A stretch of 64,000 nt of DNA from an uncultured Chloroflexia bacterium. Lineage in GTDB: Bacteria > Chloroflexota > Limnocylindria > Limnocylindrales > CSP1-4. Location: positions 56,692 through 120,691 of the forward strand of contig CAWDEW010000007.1 of assembly GCA_963801445.1 (NCBI GenBank). Direction: 5' to 3'. The notes under the pieces were generated by a model. It worked only from the letters and a program-made list of their open reading frames with translations. It ran no database searches and was not told the origin of the DNA. The translations under genes were made by a program, and so were the position numbers. Below are positions 28,495-39,314 of the stretch, piece after piece (within the stretch, counting starts at the first letter, position 1; the number at the start of each line of letters is the position of its first letter).

Positions 28495-28549
28495 AATCGT
28501 GGGCCGTCTTCCGGCCCGATGACCGCTTCACTACGGGAGATCCCTCGAA

Positions 28550-30074
28550 ATGGCCGTTGAAACGCAGCCGGCGCTCCTGCCCATCCTGTCCCACTGGATC
28601 GACGGCCGGCCGGTGGAGGTCCTGCCCGAGCAGACGGGGCCGGTCCACAACCCGGCCACCGGGGAGGTGATCGCGCAGGGTTCCCCGGGGCGGCGCGGCC
28701 GAGGTGGACGCCGCCGTCGCGGCGGCCGCGGCGGCCTTCCCGGCCTGGCGCGATACCCCGCTCATCGCCCGCAGCGCGATCTTCTTCGCCTTCCGCGAGC
28801 AGGTCTGGCAGCACCGCGAGGAGCTCGCCGCGCTGATCACCCGCGACCACGGCAAGACCTTCCCCGACGCCCTCGGCGAGGTCGTCCGGGGGATGGAGAC
28901 GATCGAGTTCGCCTGCGGGCTGCCGAGCCAGCTCGCCGGCCTCAACACCCCCAACGTGGCCACCAACGTCGACGCCTTCACCCTGCGGGCCCCCCTCGGG
29001 GTCACCGCGGCGATCACGCCCTTCAACTTCCCGGCCATGGTCCCGCTCTGGATCTACCCGATCGCCCTGATGTGCGGCAACACGGTCATCCTCAAGCCCT
29101 CCTCCCACACCCCGGGGGCCACCCAGCTCCAGGCCGAGCTGTGGACGAAGGCCGGCGGCCCGCCCGGCACGTTCAACATCGTGTACGGCGGCCGCGAGGC
29201 GGTGAGCGCGATCGTCGAGCACCCGGGCATCGCCGCCATCCAGTTCGTGGGCTCGACCGCGGTCGGGCGCTACGTCTACGAGGAGGGCACGAGGCGGGGC
29301 AAGCGGGTGGGGGCCTACACGAGCGCCAAGAACGCGATGATCGTCCTGCCCGACGCCGACATGGAGCTGACCGCCGACGCCGCGGTGGCCGCGGGCTACG
29401 GCTCCGCGGGCGAGCGCTGCATGGCCCAGACCCTCGTCCTCGCCGTGGGCGACAGCGCCGAGCGCCTGCGCCCGCTCATGCTCGAGCGGATCGCGCGGCT
29501 CAAGGTCGGCCCGGGCATGGAGCCCGGCATGGACATGGGCCCGCTCTACACCGCCGAGCACCGGGCCTCGGTCATGCGCTGGATCGACAAGGGCGCGGCC
29601 GAGGGGGCCGAGCTCGTCGTCGACGGCCGGCCCTTCGTCCACCCCACGAGCCCCGCCGGCTTCTTCCTCGGGGTCACCCTCTTCGACCACGTCACCCCGG
29701 CCATGGAGATCTACCGGGAGGAGATCTTCGGCCCGGTCCTCGGCATCGTGCGGACCGCGACCTACGACGAGGCGCTCGGCCTCATCAACGGCCACAAGTA
29801 CGCCAACGGGACCGCGATCTTCACGACCGACGGGGGCGCCGCCCGGCGCTTCAAGCTCGAGGTGGACGTGCCCATGATCGGGGTCAACGTGCCCATCCCG
29901 GTCCCCGCGGGCTACCTCAGCTTCGGGGGCGCCAAGGGCTCCGCGTTCGGCGACCTCGCCATGCGCGGGGAGGACGGCGTGCGCTTCTTCACCCAGCAGA
30001 AGATGGTCACCGAGCGCTGGCCGGAGCCCGGCCGGCGGGCGGCCCTCTCCCTCGTCTTCCCCGGCAACAGCTAG
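28550..30074 (+). CDS. mmsA: CoA-acylating (methyl)malonate-semialdehyde dehydrogenase family; one frameshift near 28680
   Basis: SHWIDG..VHNPATGE joins EVDAAVAAA in another frame; ITPFNFPAMVPLW, FVGST, GSAGERCMA, EEIFGPV, IGVNVPIPVP. Confidence 0.85.
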
Positions 30075-30084
30075 GACGTTCCGG

Positions 30085-30110
30085 CGCCCCGTCCCCCCGC
30101 GGGCGGGGCG
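30085..30110 (+). terminator. GC-rich stem-loop after the mmsA-like gene
   Basis: CGCCCCGTCC-N6-GGGCGGGGCG; no U-tract. Confidence 0.4.
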
Positions 30111-30274
30111 CACCCCGGGGCGGACCCGGGGCGGACCCGGGCCCGCCGCTGCCCATCCGGGGGGCGGCGGGCCGCGCGGGCGGATGGCGCCGGGAGATCG
30201 CGCCCCTGGACGCCAGCCGCGCCGAGGCCGAGGTCGCGATTGCCGTTCATGCCCCGGCGCGTACACTCGGACCC

Positions 30275-31960
30275 GTGTCGTCCCCAGCCGCCCGGACCCG
30301 CACGGCCGCCGACCTCCTCGTCGAATGCCTGGAGGCCGAGGGCTGCCGCTACGTCTTCTCGGTGCCCGGAGAGGAGACGATGGACATCCTCGATGCGCTC
30401 AGCCGCTCGACGGCGATCCGGCACATCACCACCCGCCACGAGCAGGGTGCGGCGTTCATGGCCGACGTCCACGGCCGCCTGACCGGGCGCTGTGCCGTGG
30501 CCATGTCCACGCTCGGACCGGGTGCCACGAACCTGCTGACCGGCATCGCCGACGCGTTCCTCGATCGGGCACCCATGGTCGCCATCACCGGCCAGGTCGG
30601 CTCCGACAAGCTCCACAAGGAGGCCCACCAGCTCGTCGACATCGTGCGCATGTTCGAGCCGGTCACGAAGTGGAGCCAGCGGGTCGAGCGCGTCGATGCG
30701 ATCCCCGAGATCGTGCGCAAGGCCTTCCGAGTCGCCGAGCAGGCCAAGCCGGGGCCGACGCACATCGAGCTGACCGAGGATCGCGCCCGGATGGCGCCCG
30801 AGTCGGGTGATCGGACGCGTCCGCTGCCCCGTCAGCGGACCTACTTCCCGGAGCCTCCCGAGGCGGCCATCCGGCGCGCGGCCGAGCTCTTCGCCGCGGC
30901 GAAGAGCCCCCTGATCCTGGCCGGCAACGGGGTCCTGCGCCGCCGCGCCGCGCCGGCCCTGCGTGCGTTCGCCGAGGCGCTCCACGTGCCGGTCGCCATG
31001 ACCTTCATGGGCAAGGGCGCCATCGATGACCGGGACGAGCTCTCGCTGATGGCCGTGGGCCTCCAGGCGCGCGACCACGTCCTCACCGGCTTCGACCGGG
31101 CGGACCTCGTCCTGAGCGTCGGCTACGACCCGGTGGAGTACGCCCCGGCACGCTGGAACCCGGACGGGGACAAGCGGATCATCCACGTCGACACCCAGCC
31201 GGCCGAGGTCGACGCGGCCTACCTGCCCGCCGCGGAGCTGGTGGGCGACATCGACGGCACCCTGCGCCGGCTCCTCGCGGCCATCCCGCCGCGCGACCCC
31301 CAGGGCGGGGAGCGGCTGCGCCACGGCGACCTGCGCCGCGAGCTGCTGGGTGACCTCGAGCGGTATCGCGAGGACGACGGCTGGCCGATCAAGCCGCAGA
31401 AGGCCATCGCCGACCTGCGCCGCGCGCTGGGTCCCAGCGACATCGTCGTGAGCGACGTCGGCGCCCACAAGGTCTGGATCGCGCGGCTCTACCAGGCCTA
31501 CGAGCCGAACACCGTCATCATCAGCAACGGCTTCGCGGCGATGGGGATCGGCGTCCCGGGCGCGATCGCGGCGAAGCTCGTGCACCCGGACCGCAGGGTG
31601 GTCGCGGTGGTCGGCGACGGCGCCTTCCTGATGAACAGCCAGGAGCTCGAGACCGCCCGCCGGATCGGCACCAACATCGTGGTGGTCGTCTGGCGCGACG
31701 ATGGGTACGGCCTCATCGACTGGAAGCAGCGCAACGAGTTCGGCCACCCGTTCGGGGTGGAGTTCGGCAACCCGGACCTGGTCGCCTACGCCGAGAGCTT
31801 CGGGATCGCCGGGTTCCGGCCGTCGAGCGCGGCCGACCTGTACCCCACGCTCCTGCGCGCCCTGGCCGTCGACGGCCCCGCGGTGGTCGACGTCCCGATC
31901 GACTATCGCGAGAACCTGCGCCTCACCGAGCACCTCGGGGAGCTGGCGGGAAGGCTGTAG
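30275..31960 (+). CDS. ThDP-dependent enzyme, acetolactate synthase-like (2-oxoacid decarboxylase OgdA-like subfamily)
   Basis: PGEE, RHEQGAAFMAD..GRLTG, TLGPGATN, DVGAHK.WIAR, ISNGFAAMG, GDGAF, YGLIDWKQ; GTG 7 nt after TACACT. Confidence 0.85.
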   Translation: MSSPAARTRTAADLLVECLEAEGCRYVFSVPGEETMDILDALSRSTAIRHITTRHEQGAAFMADVHGRLTGRCAVAMSTLGPGATNLLTGIADAFLDRAPMVAITGQVGSDKLHKEAHQLVDIVRMFEPVTKWSQRVERVDAIPEIVRKAFRVAEQAKPGPTHIELTEDRARMAPESGDRTRPLPRQRTYFPEPPEAAIRRAAELFAAAKSPLILAGNGVLRRRAAPALRAFAEALHVPVAMTFMGKGAIDDRDELSLMAVGLQARDHVLTGFDRADLVLSVGYDPVEYAPARWNPDGDKRIIHVDTQPAEVDAAYLPAAELVGDIDGTLRRLLAAIPPRDPQGGERLRHGDLRRELLGDLERYREDDGWPIKPQKAIADLRRALGPSDIVVSDVGAHKVWIARLYQAYEPNTVIISNGFAAMGIGVPGAIAAKLVHPDRRVVAVVGDGAFLMNSQELETARRIGTNIVVVVWRDDGYGLIDWKQRNEFGHPFGVEFGNPDLVAYAESFGIAGFRPSSAADLYPTLLRALAVDGPAVVDVPIDYRENLRLTEHLGELAGRL

Positions 31961-32013
31961 CGACCCACCCCGCGGGGCCCACCGTCGCCCGCGCATGGGG
32001 CACACTGGACGCC

Positions 32014-32706
32014 ATGCCGTCCCCGCGAGCCCGCATCCTGGTCGTCGACGATGAGGCCCCCATCGTCGACCTCATCACGGGCTACCTCACCCGCGAGGAC
32101 TTCGCGGTCAGCGCGGCGACGGACGGCCCGTCCGCGGTCGACGCGGTCCGGGCCCAGGCGCCGGATGTCGTGATCCTCGACGTGATGCTGCCGGGGCTCG
32201 ACGGGATCGAGGTCTGCCGCCAGATCCGGACGTTCTCCGACGCCTACGTGCTGATGCTCACGGCCCGCAGCGAGGAGATCGACCGGATCATGGGCCTGAC
32301 CGTCGGGGCGGACGACTACCTGGTCAAGCCCTTCTCGCCGCGCGAGCTCGTGGCCCGCGTGAAGGCGCTCCTGCGGCGCTCCCGGCCCGCGGTCGCGGCG
32401 GCTGCCAGCCCGACGCCGGGCCTCGAGGTGGACGTCGCCCGCCACGTGGTCAGGGTGGATGGCGGCCCCGTGGACGTCACGGCGATCGAGTTCAACCTGC
32501 TGGCGACGCTGGCCCGGGACCCCGGCGTCGTGATCGCCCGCCAGGTCCTCCTCGATCGAATCTGGGGGCCCGGGTTCATCGCCGACGACCATCTCGTCGA
32601 CGTCCACGTCGCCAACCTCCGTCGCAAGCTCGGCGACGACCCCGCGCACCCCCGCTTCGTCGAGACGGTCCGGGGCGTGGGCTATCGGCTCAGGACCCCG
32701 GAATGA
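32014..32706 (+). CDS. OmpR family response regulator
   Basis: VVDDE, LDVMLPG, GADDYLVKPF, winged helix ETVRGVGYR. Confidence 0.93.
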   Translation: MPSPRARILVVDDEAPIVDLITGYLTREDFAVSAATDGPSAVDAVRAQAPDVVILDVMLPGLDGIEVCRQIRTFSDAYVLMLTARSEEIDRIMGLTVGADDYLVKPFSPRELVARVKALLRRSRPAVAAAASPTPGLEVDVARHVVRVDGGPVDVTAIEFNLLATLARDPGVVIARQVLLDRIWGPGFIADDHLVDVHVANLRRKLGDDPAHPRFVETVRGVGYRLRTPE

Positions 32707-33794
32707 GGCTGCCGAGCTCCCTGCGGGCGCGCCTGCTCTTCGCCTTCCTCGTGGTCGGCGCGGCGTCGCTCGGGACGGTGGGCGTCGCGGTGCTCCTCGT
32801 CGGCCCGGGCTATTTCGCCGAGGCGATGGGCCACATGCCCGGTGATCCGATGGGCCAGGCGATGGGCGAGGCGACCCGCGCGGCGTTCGCCGACGCGATG
32901 CGCCAGGCGCTCGTTGCCGCGACGATCATCGCCGTCGTCAGCGCCACGGTCGTCAGCTTCGCCGTGGCGGCCCGGCTCGCGCGCCCGATCAGCGCCCTGG
33001 CGGCGGCCGCCCGGCGCGTCGCCGGCGGCCACTACGCCGAACGCGTCCCCGCCGACGAGCCCGGTGAGCTGGGCGAGCTCGCCACGTCGTTCAACGACAT
33101 GGCGGCTTCGCTCGAGACCACGGAGCGCCGCCGAATCCAGCTCGTCGGCGACGTGGCCCACGAGCTGCGGACCCCGCTGACGACGCTCGACGGCTACCTC
33201 GAGGGGCTCGAGGACGGCGTGATCGAGGGAAATCCCGAGACCTGGCGCCTGCTGCGGACCGAGACGGCCCGCCTCACCCGACTGGTGAACGATCTGTCGG
33301 ACCTCTGGCGGGCCGAGGCGCGCCAGCTCCCGATGCGCCTGGCCGACGTGGACGTCTCGGCGGTCGTCGCCGAGGTGGCGGACGGGTTCGCGCCCACGGC
33401 ATCGTCGCGCGGGATCAGGATCGACGTGAGCGCTCCACCGGCGACGGCGCGGGCCGACCGCGATCGGCTCGCCCAGATCACGGCGAACTACCTCTCGAAC
33501 GCGATCCGGCACGCACCCGACGTGTCGACCATCGAGGTCTGGACGCGCCGGACCGGCGACCGGGTGCTCGTCGGCGTCACCGATCACGGGACGGGCCTCG
33601 CCCGGGAGCAGCTCGACGCCGTCTTCGAGCGCTTCTACCGCGTGGACCCGGCGCGCAGCCGGGCGGCCGGCGGGTCGGGGATCGGCCTCGCCATCGTGAA
33701 GGCCCTGGCGGACGCGATGGGTGGGAGCGTGTGGGCCGAGAGCTCGGGACCCGGCACGGGTGCGACCTTCCTGCTGGAGCTGCCCTCGGCCTGA
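32703..33794 (+). CDS. HAMP-domain sensor histidine kinase, probable copper sensor
   Basis: Short Met/His-rich external loop (AMGHMPGDPMGQAMG), VAHELRTP, D.G.G, FERFYR, GSGIGL. Confidence 0.9.
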   Translation: MRLPSSLRARLLFAFLVVGAASLGTVGVAVLLVGPGYFAEAMGHMPGDPMGQAMGEATRAAFADAMRQALVAATIIAVVSATVVSFAVAARLARPISALAAAARRVAGGHYAERVPADEPGELGELATSFNDMAASLETTERRRIQLVGDVAHELRTPLTTLDGYLEGLEDGVIEGNPETWRLLRTETARLTRLVNDLSDLWRAEARQLPMRLADVDVSAVVAEVADGFAPTASSRGIRIDVSAPPATARADRDRLAQITANYLSNAIRHAPDVSTIEVWTRRTGDRVLVGVTDHGTGLAREQLDAVFERFYRVDPARSRAAGGSGIGLAIVKALADAMGGSVWAESSGPGTGATFLLELPSA

Positions 33795-33801
33795 CAGGCG
33801 C

Positions 33802-33829
33802 CTTGACCCAAACTTGAGCAAGGCTTGGC
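33802..33829 (+). promoter_or_regulatory. Three 11-bp-period direct repeats (CTTGAC/CTTGAG/CTTGGC), putative OmpR-family binding site
   Basis: Half-sites at 33802, 33813 and 33824, between the TCS and the copper operon. Confidence 0.55.
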
Positions 33830-33915
33830 CCGTCCTCCATTGGGCCCTGACCTCGTCCGCCCATGCTCGTGACGTGCCGGTTGAGAACCCGCCGGCGGGT
33901 CACGAGGACGGATCG

Positions 33916-34122
33916 ATGATGAACGGCTGGACGGTCGGGCTGGAAGGTTGGATCTGGATGGCCGCCTGGGCTCTCGTCCTGGTCTTCGTGGTCTGGCTCC
34001 TCGTGCGGGAGCCCCGCCGTTCCGGCGGCGACGACGCGCTGGACACGCTGCGGGCGCGCCTGGCTCGCGGCGAGATCACGACGGACGAATTCGAGAAGGC
34101 GCGCCGCCTTCTCGAGCACTGA
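33916..34122 (+). CDS. SHOCT domain membrane protein
   Basis: TM helix then ALDTLRARLARGEITTDEF. Confidence 0.85.
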   Translation: MMNGWTVGLEGWIWMAAWALVLVFVVWLLVREPRRSGGDDALDTLRARLARGEITTDEFEKARRLLEH

Positions 34123-34144
34123 CACGCCCGGGAGGAGCCCTGCC

Positions 34145-34401
34145 ATGGCCGCCCCGACGACACGCCGTGCCCGAGGACGGCACCAGCCCACGTCCGGCGC
34201 CTGGACGGCATGACCAGGGTCCGCGTCGACGTGCGCAGGGAGACCGTCACCGTACGCCGCGAGCCCGCGCTGGTGTCGAGCGCGGTGCTCGCGGCGGCGG
34301 TGGCCGGCGCGGGCCACCAGGCGGACCTCGCGTCCGCCGTCACTCTGCCGCCTGCTGAAGACCGCAGCCTCGTCGAACGGCTGTTGAGGAGAACACGTTG
34401 A
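34145..34401 (+). pseudogene. HMA/CopZ-like small protein, frameshifted, with no visible CxxC
   Basis: GGAGGAG RBS and ATG at 34145 out of frame with RLDGMTRVRVDVRRETVTV...AAAVAGAGH (HMA C-half); may be an assembly error. Confidence 0.5.
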
Positions 34402-34968
34402 ACCAGGAACACGCTCCCTCCCGCGCCGCCATCCCGACGTGGGCCGTCCTCCTCGTCGGGGTCGTGGCCCTCGTCGTTGCCACGGCTGCCCTCACGGCCA
34501 CGCTTCTGGGCCGCGGCACCTCACCGGCCTTCGGGGGCATGATGGGCTCCGGCTTCGGCCCGACGACCGGCCGGATCGGGATGATGGGCTCCGGAGTCGG
34601 CGTCACGAACGGGACGCAGCCCGGCGTGGCCGGGTTCGTGGCCGGGACCGTGGCGGCCCCCCGCGTGGTCCGTGTGCTCGCCGGCCCGGGGTACGCCTTC
34701 AGCCCGTCCACGATCTCGGTCGCTCGAGGCGAGACAGTGACCTTCCAGGTCACGACGATGGGGCCGCTCACCCATGAGCTCATGATCGGTCCGGCCGACG
34801 CGGTCGCGGCCGACCAGGCGGGGACGCCCGAGGTCGCCGGACATCGGGATGATGCAGACGAGGTCGCTCACCTACACGTTCGATGGCTCCGGCCCATATG
34901 CGTTCGCCTGCCACGCGGCCGGTCACTACGAGGCCGGGATGCGCGGAACCATCGTCCTCGTGCCGTAG
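34398..34968 (+). CDS. Membrane-anchored cupredoxin (type-1 Cu site); frameshift near 34840
   Basis: GMMG repeats, FSPSTISV..GETV, HELMIG, then in another frame FACHAAGHYEAGM; TAG at 34966-34968. Confidence 0.8.
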
Positions 34969-35037
34969 GCGTCGACGACCTCGAGCCGTTCCCAGCCCAA
35001 CCCACGATCCAACCCGGCCCAGGGAGCAAGCGTCCCG

Positions 35038-36610
35038 ATGTCCCGTCGAAGCAACCGAGCCAGCGCACGGACGACCCGGCGCAACCCCGACCTCGCGGCG
35101 GCGCGCCCGACGACCTCCGACGCCGTGGCGCAGGCATCGCTCGGCGCGACCGCCAGGAGCGCGAGTGCGGAGCCGACGCGCCAGGCCGATGCCCCTGCTC
35201 TAGGTGCGCTGACCTCGACGGTCTTCCCGGTCGCCGGGATGACCTGTCGGACCTGCGAGATCCGGATCCAGCGCTTCGTCGGGCGGCTCCCGAACGTCGA
35301 GCGCGTCTCGGCGTCGGCGATCCACGGTCGGGTCGAGATCGAGAGCTCGGGGCCGATCCCGGCGTCCGCGGTCGCCCGCGCCATCCGGGCCGCGGGCTAC
35401 GAGATCGGGCGAACGCCGTGGCTCGAGCGTGATCCCGGCGTCTGGGCCACGGTTGCGGGCGGCGTCATGGTCGTGATGATCGTCGCGGTCTTCGCCCAGC
35501 TGCTGGGCCTCGGCGGGCTCGCCTCGGGCGCCGGCGACCTGAGCCAGGGCGGGCTGCTGGTGGCGCTCCTCCTCGGGCTCGCGGCGGGCGTGTCGACCTG
35601 CATGGCCCTCGTGGGCGGGCTCGTCCTCGCGCTCTCGGCGGCGTTCCAGGGCCGCCGGGCCGCGGCGGGGGCGGCCAGCCCCGGGATCGTCGCGCAGATG
35701 CGCCCGGCGCTCGTCTTCATGGCCGGCCGGATCGTCGGGTACGGGGCGCTCGGCGCCCTGCTCGGCGCGGTCGGGGCGACCGTCACCCCGCCGCCGCAGG
35801 TGACCGCCGGGCTGATGATCGCGGCCGCCGTCGTGATGACGCTCATCGGGGCCCGGCTCACCGGGCTGTCGCCGCGGGTCGCGGCCTGGTCGCCCACCCT
35901 GCCCGTCGGGCTCGCCCGTCGCCTGGGCCTCGCCGAGGGAGGCGTCGGCGCCTACTCGGACGGCCGCGCGGCCGGGCTTGGGGCAGCCTCCTTCTTCATG
36001 CCCTGCGGCTTTACCCAGGCCGTCCAGATCTACGCCCTCTCGACCGGGTCGCCCCTCACGGCCGGGGTGATCATGGCGACCTTCGCGATCGGCACCGCGC
36101 CCGGGCTCCTCGCGCTGGCCGGGCTCCCGATCGTCGTGCCCAGCGACCTGCGCCCGACGATCCTGCGCATCGTCGGGGTCGTGGTCCTTGCCTTCGCCTT
36201 CGTGAACGCGGGAGCCGGGTTCCGGCTCGTGGGCATCACCCTCCCCGGGCTCGACGCGGCCCCCGTCGCCGCCGCCCAGCAGCCGGCCGCCCCGGCCGCG
36301 GACGGCGCGCAGGCCCTCCACACCTACCAGGACACCGACGGGTACAGCCCCGGCAACGTCTCGATCTACGCCGGCATTCCCACCCGCTGGACGATCGAGT
36401 CCCGCGACGCCCACACGTGCGCCGCGTTCCTCGTGGTGCCCGACCTGGGCATCCAGGTGCGGCTGAGCCAGGGCTCGAACACGATCGACCTGCCGGCCCT
36501 GCCCGCGGGGACCATCCGCTACTCGTGCTCGATGGGGATGTACGGCGGTGCGATCACCGTCGTCGATCGCCCGGCGGGGCACGCCTGCGGGAGCCGCCGC
36601 CGGTGGCTAG
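35038..36610 (+). CDS. HMA - TauE/SafE (DsbD_2-like) - cupredoxin fusion; probable extra G near 36577
   Basis: GMTCRTC, GVSTCMALVGG, FFMPCGFTQAVQ, RYSCSMGMY; restoring the frame gives a stop at 36610. Confidence 0.8.
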
Positions 36611-36659
36611 ATGGGCCGGCCGGCCGGCGGGCTTGCCGGCCTTGTCGCACCATGCAAGA

Positions 36660-36676
36660 ATACTCCCCAGGAGTAT
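36660..36676. promoter_or_regulatory. CsoR-type operator ATACTCC-CCA-GGAGTAT
   Basis: Perfect 7-bp inverted repeat 12 nt upstream of the copA ATG; resembles TACC..GGTA CsoR boxes. Confidence 0.65.
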
Positions 36677-36688
36677 CTGGAGCCAGCG

Positions 36689-39022
36689 ATGACAACGCCC
36701 AACACCCCCCTCGAGATCGTGTCCTTCCCCGTCGAGGGGATGACCTGCGCCTCGTGCGTCAACCGGATCACGCGCTTCCTGGCCAAGGTCGACGGCGTCG
36801 AGGAGCGCGAACGTCAACCTGGCCACGGAGTCGGCCACGGTGCGCTACGACCGGACGCGGGCCGACATCGCCGGCCTCGCCGCGGCCGTCGAGGCAGCCG
36901 GGTACACGGCGCGCGTCGATCGGATCGCGGCCGACGCCGACGCCGACGCGTCCGAGGAGCGCAGTCGTTCGCGGATCGCCATCTCGCCGACGTTCGCCGA
37001 CGGCTCACCGTGGCCACGCTCCTGCACGGCCCCGCTCGTCGTCGGGCTGGCCCGGATGACGGTCGCGCCATGGCTGCCGGCGCTCTTCTCGGAGCCGCTG
37101 TTCCAGCTGGGCTTCGCCACCCCGGTCCAGTTCTACGCCGGATGGCCCTTCTACCGGGGCGCGATCAACGCCCTGCGCCACCGCGCGGCGGACATGAACA
37201 CGCTCGTGGCGGTCGGCACCAGCGCAGCCTACGGCTACAGCCTGGCCGCGATCCTGTCGCCCGCGTTCTTCATCGCCGCGGGACTCGGGATGGACGGCGA
37301 GCCGCTACCCCTCTACTTCGACACGTCGGCCGCCATCATCACCCTGATCCTGCTCGGTCGCTTCCTCGAGGCTCGCGCCCGGAGCCACACTTCGCGACGC
37401 GATCCGCAAGCTGATCGGCCTCGGCCCCGCGAACGGCGCGCGTCGTCCGCGCGGGCGCGAGATCGACATCCCGATCGAGCAGGTCGTCCGCGGCGACATC
37501 GTCCTGGTCCGGGCCGGCGAGAGGATCCCGGTCGACGGGACCGTCGCGAGCGGTCGCTCGTCGGTCGACGAGAGCATGATCACCGGCGAGAGCATGCCCG
37601 TCGGCAAGAAGCCGGGCGACGAGGTCATCGGCGGCACGCTCAACGGCACCGGCTCGTTCACCTACCAGGCGACGCGCGTCGGCGCCGACACGGTCCTCGC
37701 GCAGATCGTGCGCCTCGTCCAGGAGGCCCAGGGCTCCCGGGCGCCGATCCAGCGGCTCGCGGATGCGGTGACCGGCGTCTTCGTGCCCGTCGTGCTCGCG
37801 ATCGCGGTCTTCACGTTCGTCGTCTGGCTCGTCTTCGGTCCGGAGCCGGCGTTCAACCTGGCGCTCGTCAGCGCGATCACGGTCCTGATCATCGCCTGCC
37901 CGTGCGCCCTGGGGCTCGCCACGCCGACCTCGATCATGGTCGGGACGGGCAAGGGCGCCGAGAACGGCATCCTCTTCCGGAACGCCGAGGCGCTCGAGCG
38001 CCTCCACCAGGTCCGCACCGTCGTCCTCGACAAGACCGGCACGCTGACCGAGGGCAAGCCGCGCGTGACCGACGTCGTCCGCGCCGACGGCGCGCCCGAG
38101 GAGCGACGTCCTTCTCGCGCTCGTTGCGGCCGCCGAGCGCGGCTCCGAGCATCCGCTCGGCGAGGCGATCGTCCGGCACGTTCGAGAGACGCCGGGCTCG
38201 AGATCCCCGAGGCCACCGCCTTCGAGGCGGTCGCGGGCCAGGGCGTGCGGGCCACCGTCGACGGGCGCGAGGTCGTCGTCGGCCGCCCCGGCTTCGTCGG
38301 CCCTGCGGATCCGTTCCTCGTCGACGCGGCCGAGCGCGCGGCATCGAGCGGCGCGGACGCCGGTCTTCGTCGCGGTCGACGGTCGGCCCGCCGCCGTGGT
38401 GGCGGTCGCCGACACGCTCAAGGCCGGATCCGCCGCGGCGGTCGCCGAGCTCCGCCGGCTCGGGCTCGACGGTGGTCATGCTCACCGGCGACAACGCGAC
38501 GACCGCGGGCGCGATCGCCGCGGAGGCGGGCGTCGATCGCGTCGTCGCCGACGTCCGGCCCGAGGACAAGGCCGCGCAGGTCCGGGCGCTCCAGGCGGCC
38601 GGCCAGGTGGTCGCGATGGTGGGCGACGGTATCAACGACGCCCCCGCGCTCGCCTCGGCCGACGTCGGGATCGCCATCGGCACCGGGACCGACATCGCGA
38701 TCGAGTCCGCCGACGGTCACGCTCATGAGCGGCGATCTCCGCGGCCTCGTGACGGCGATCGCCCTGTCGCGCGCGACGATGCGCAACATCAGGCAGAACC
38801 TGTTCTGGGCGTTCGCCTACAACATCGTGCTGATCCCGGTCGCGATGGGCGCCCTGTACCCGTTCAGCGGGCACCTGCTCGACCCGATCCTCGCCGGCGC
38901 CGTCGATGGCCCTGAGCTCGGTGACCGTCGTCTCGAACGCCCTGCGCCTGCGCCGGTTCAGGGCGCCCGCCAGCCAGGTCGAGCCCCATGTGGCGGCGGT
39001 CCCGACTCCCGCCCTCCCGTAG
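36689..39022 (+). CDS. copA: Cu+-translocating P1B-type ATPase (about 10 frameshifts)
   Basis: [52 protein letters not shown] spread over shifting frames. Confidence 0.9.
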
Positions 39023-39085
39023 CCTCGTGGATGACCCCCAGCGTACTGGCACGCCCATCGAAGCGACAGATAGGAGAGATCCGGA

Positions 39086-39283
39086 ATGGCCGAGCGACGA
39101 GCGATCGAACCGAACGAAGACCCGGTGTGCGGGATGACCGTCGACCCCGCCCGGGCCCGGGCGAAGGGCCTGGCGTTGACCCACGAGGGGACCGAGTACG
39201 TGTTCTGCGGCAAGGGCTGCCTGCTCGAGTTCCGCGACGATCCCGAGACATTCCTCGACCCGAAGTTCAGCCCGTCGATGTGA
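39086..39283 (+). CDS. YHS domain protein
   Basis: [10 protein letters not shown]...[11 protein letters not shown]. Confidence 0.88.
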   Translation: MAERRAIEPNEDPVCGMTVDPARARAKGLALTHEGTEYVFCGKGCLLEFRDDPETFLDPKFSPSM

Positions 39284-39314
39284 GCGGCCGGCACTCGCCG
39301 GCGCGCCGGACGGC

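Noticed and set aside
28550-31960. 1136-aa ORF suggesting an ALDH-ThDP enzyme fusion
   Set aside because: Artefact: the frameshift near 28680 puts the mmsA start into an Arg/Pro-rich shadow frame that happens to run into the ALS-like gene, which has its own GTG and promoter
36689-36960. Programmed -1 frameshift in copA generating a CopZ-like chaperone, as in E. coli
   Set aside because: The first break (about 36805) lies inside the HMA domain, I see no slippery heptamer, and many other indels follow, so sequencing error is more parsimonious
35038-37059. 673-aa ORF overlapping copA
   Set aside because: Sequence after about 36577 is read-through caused by one extra G; the restored frame stops at 36610
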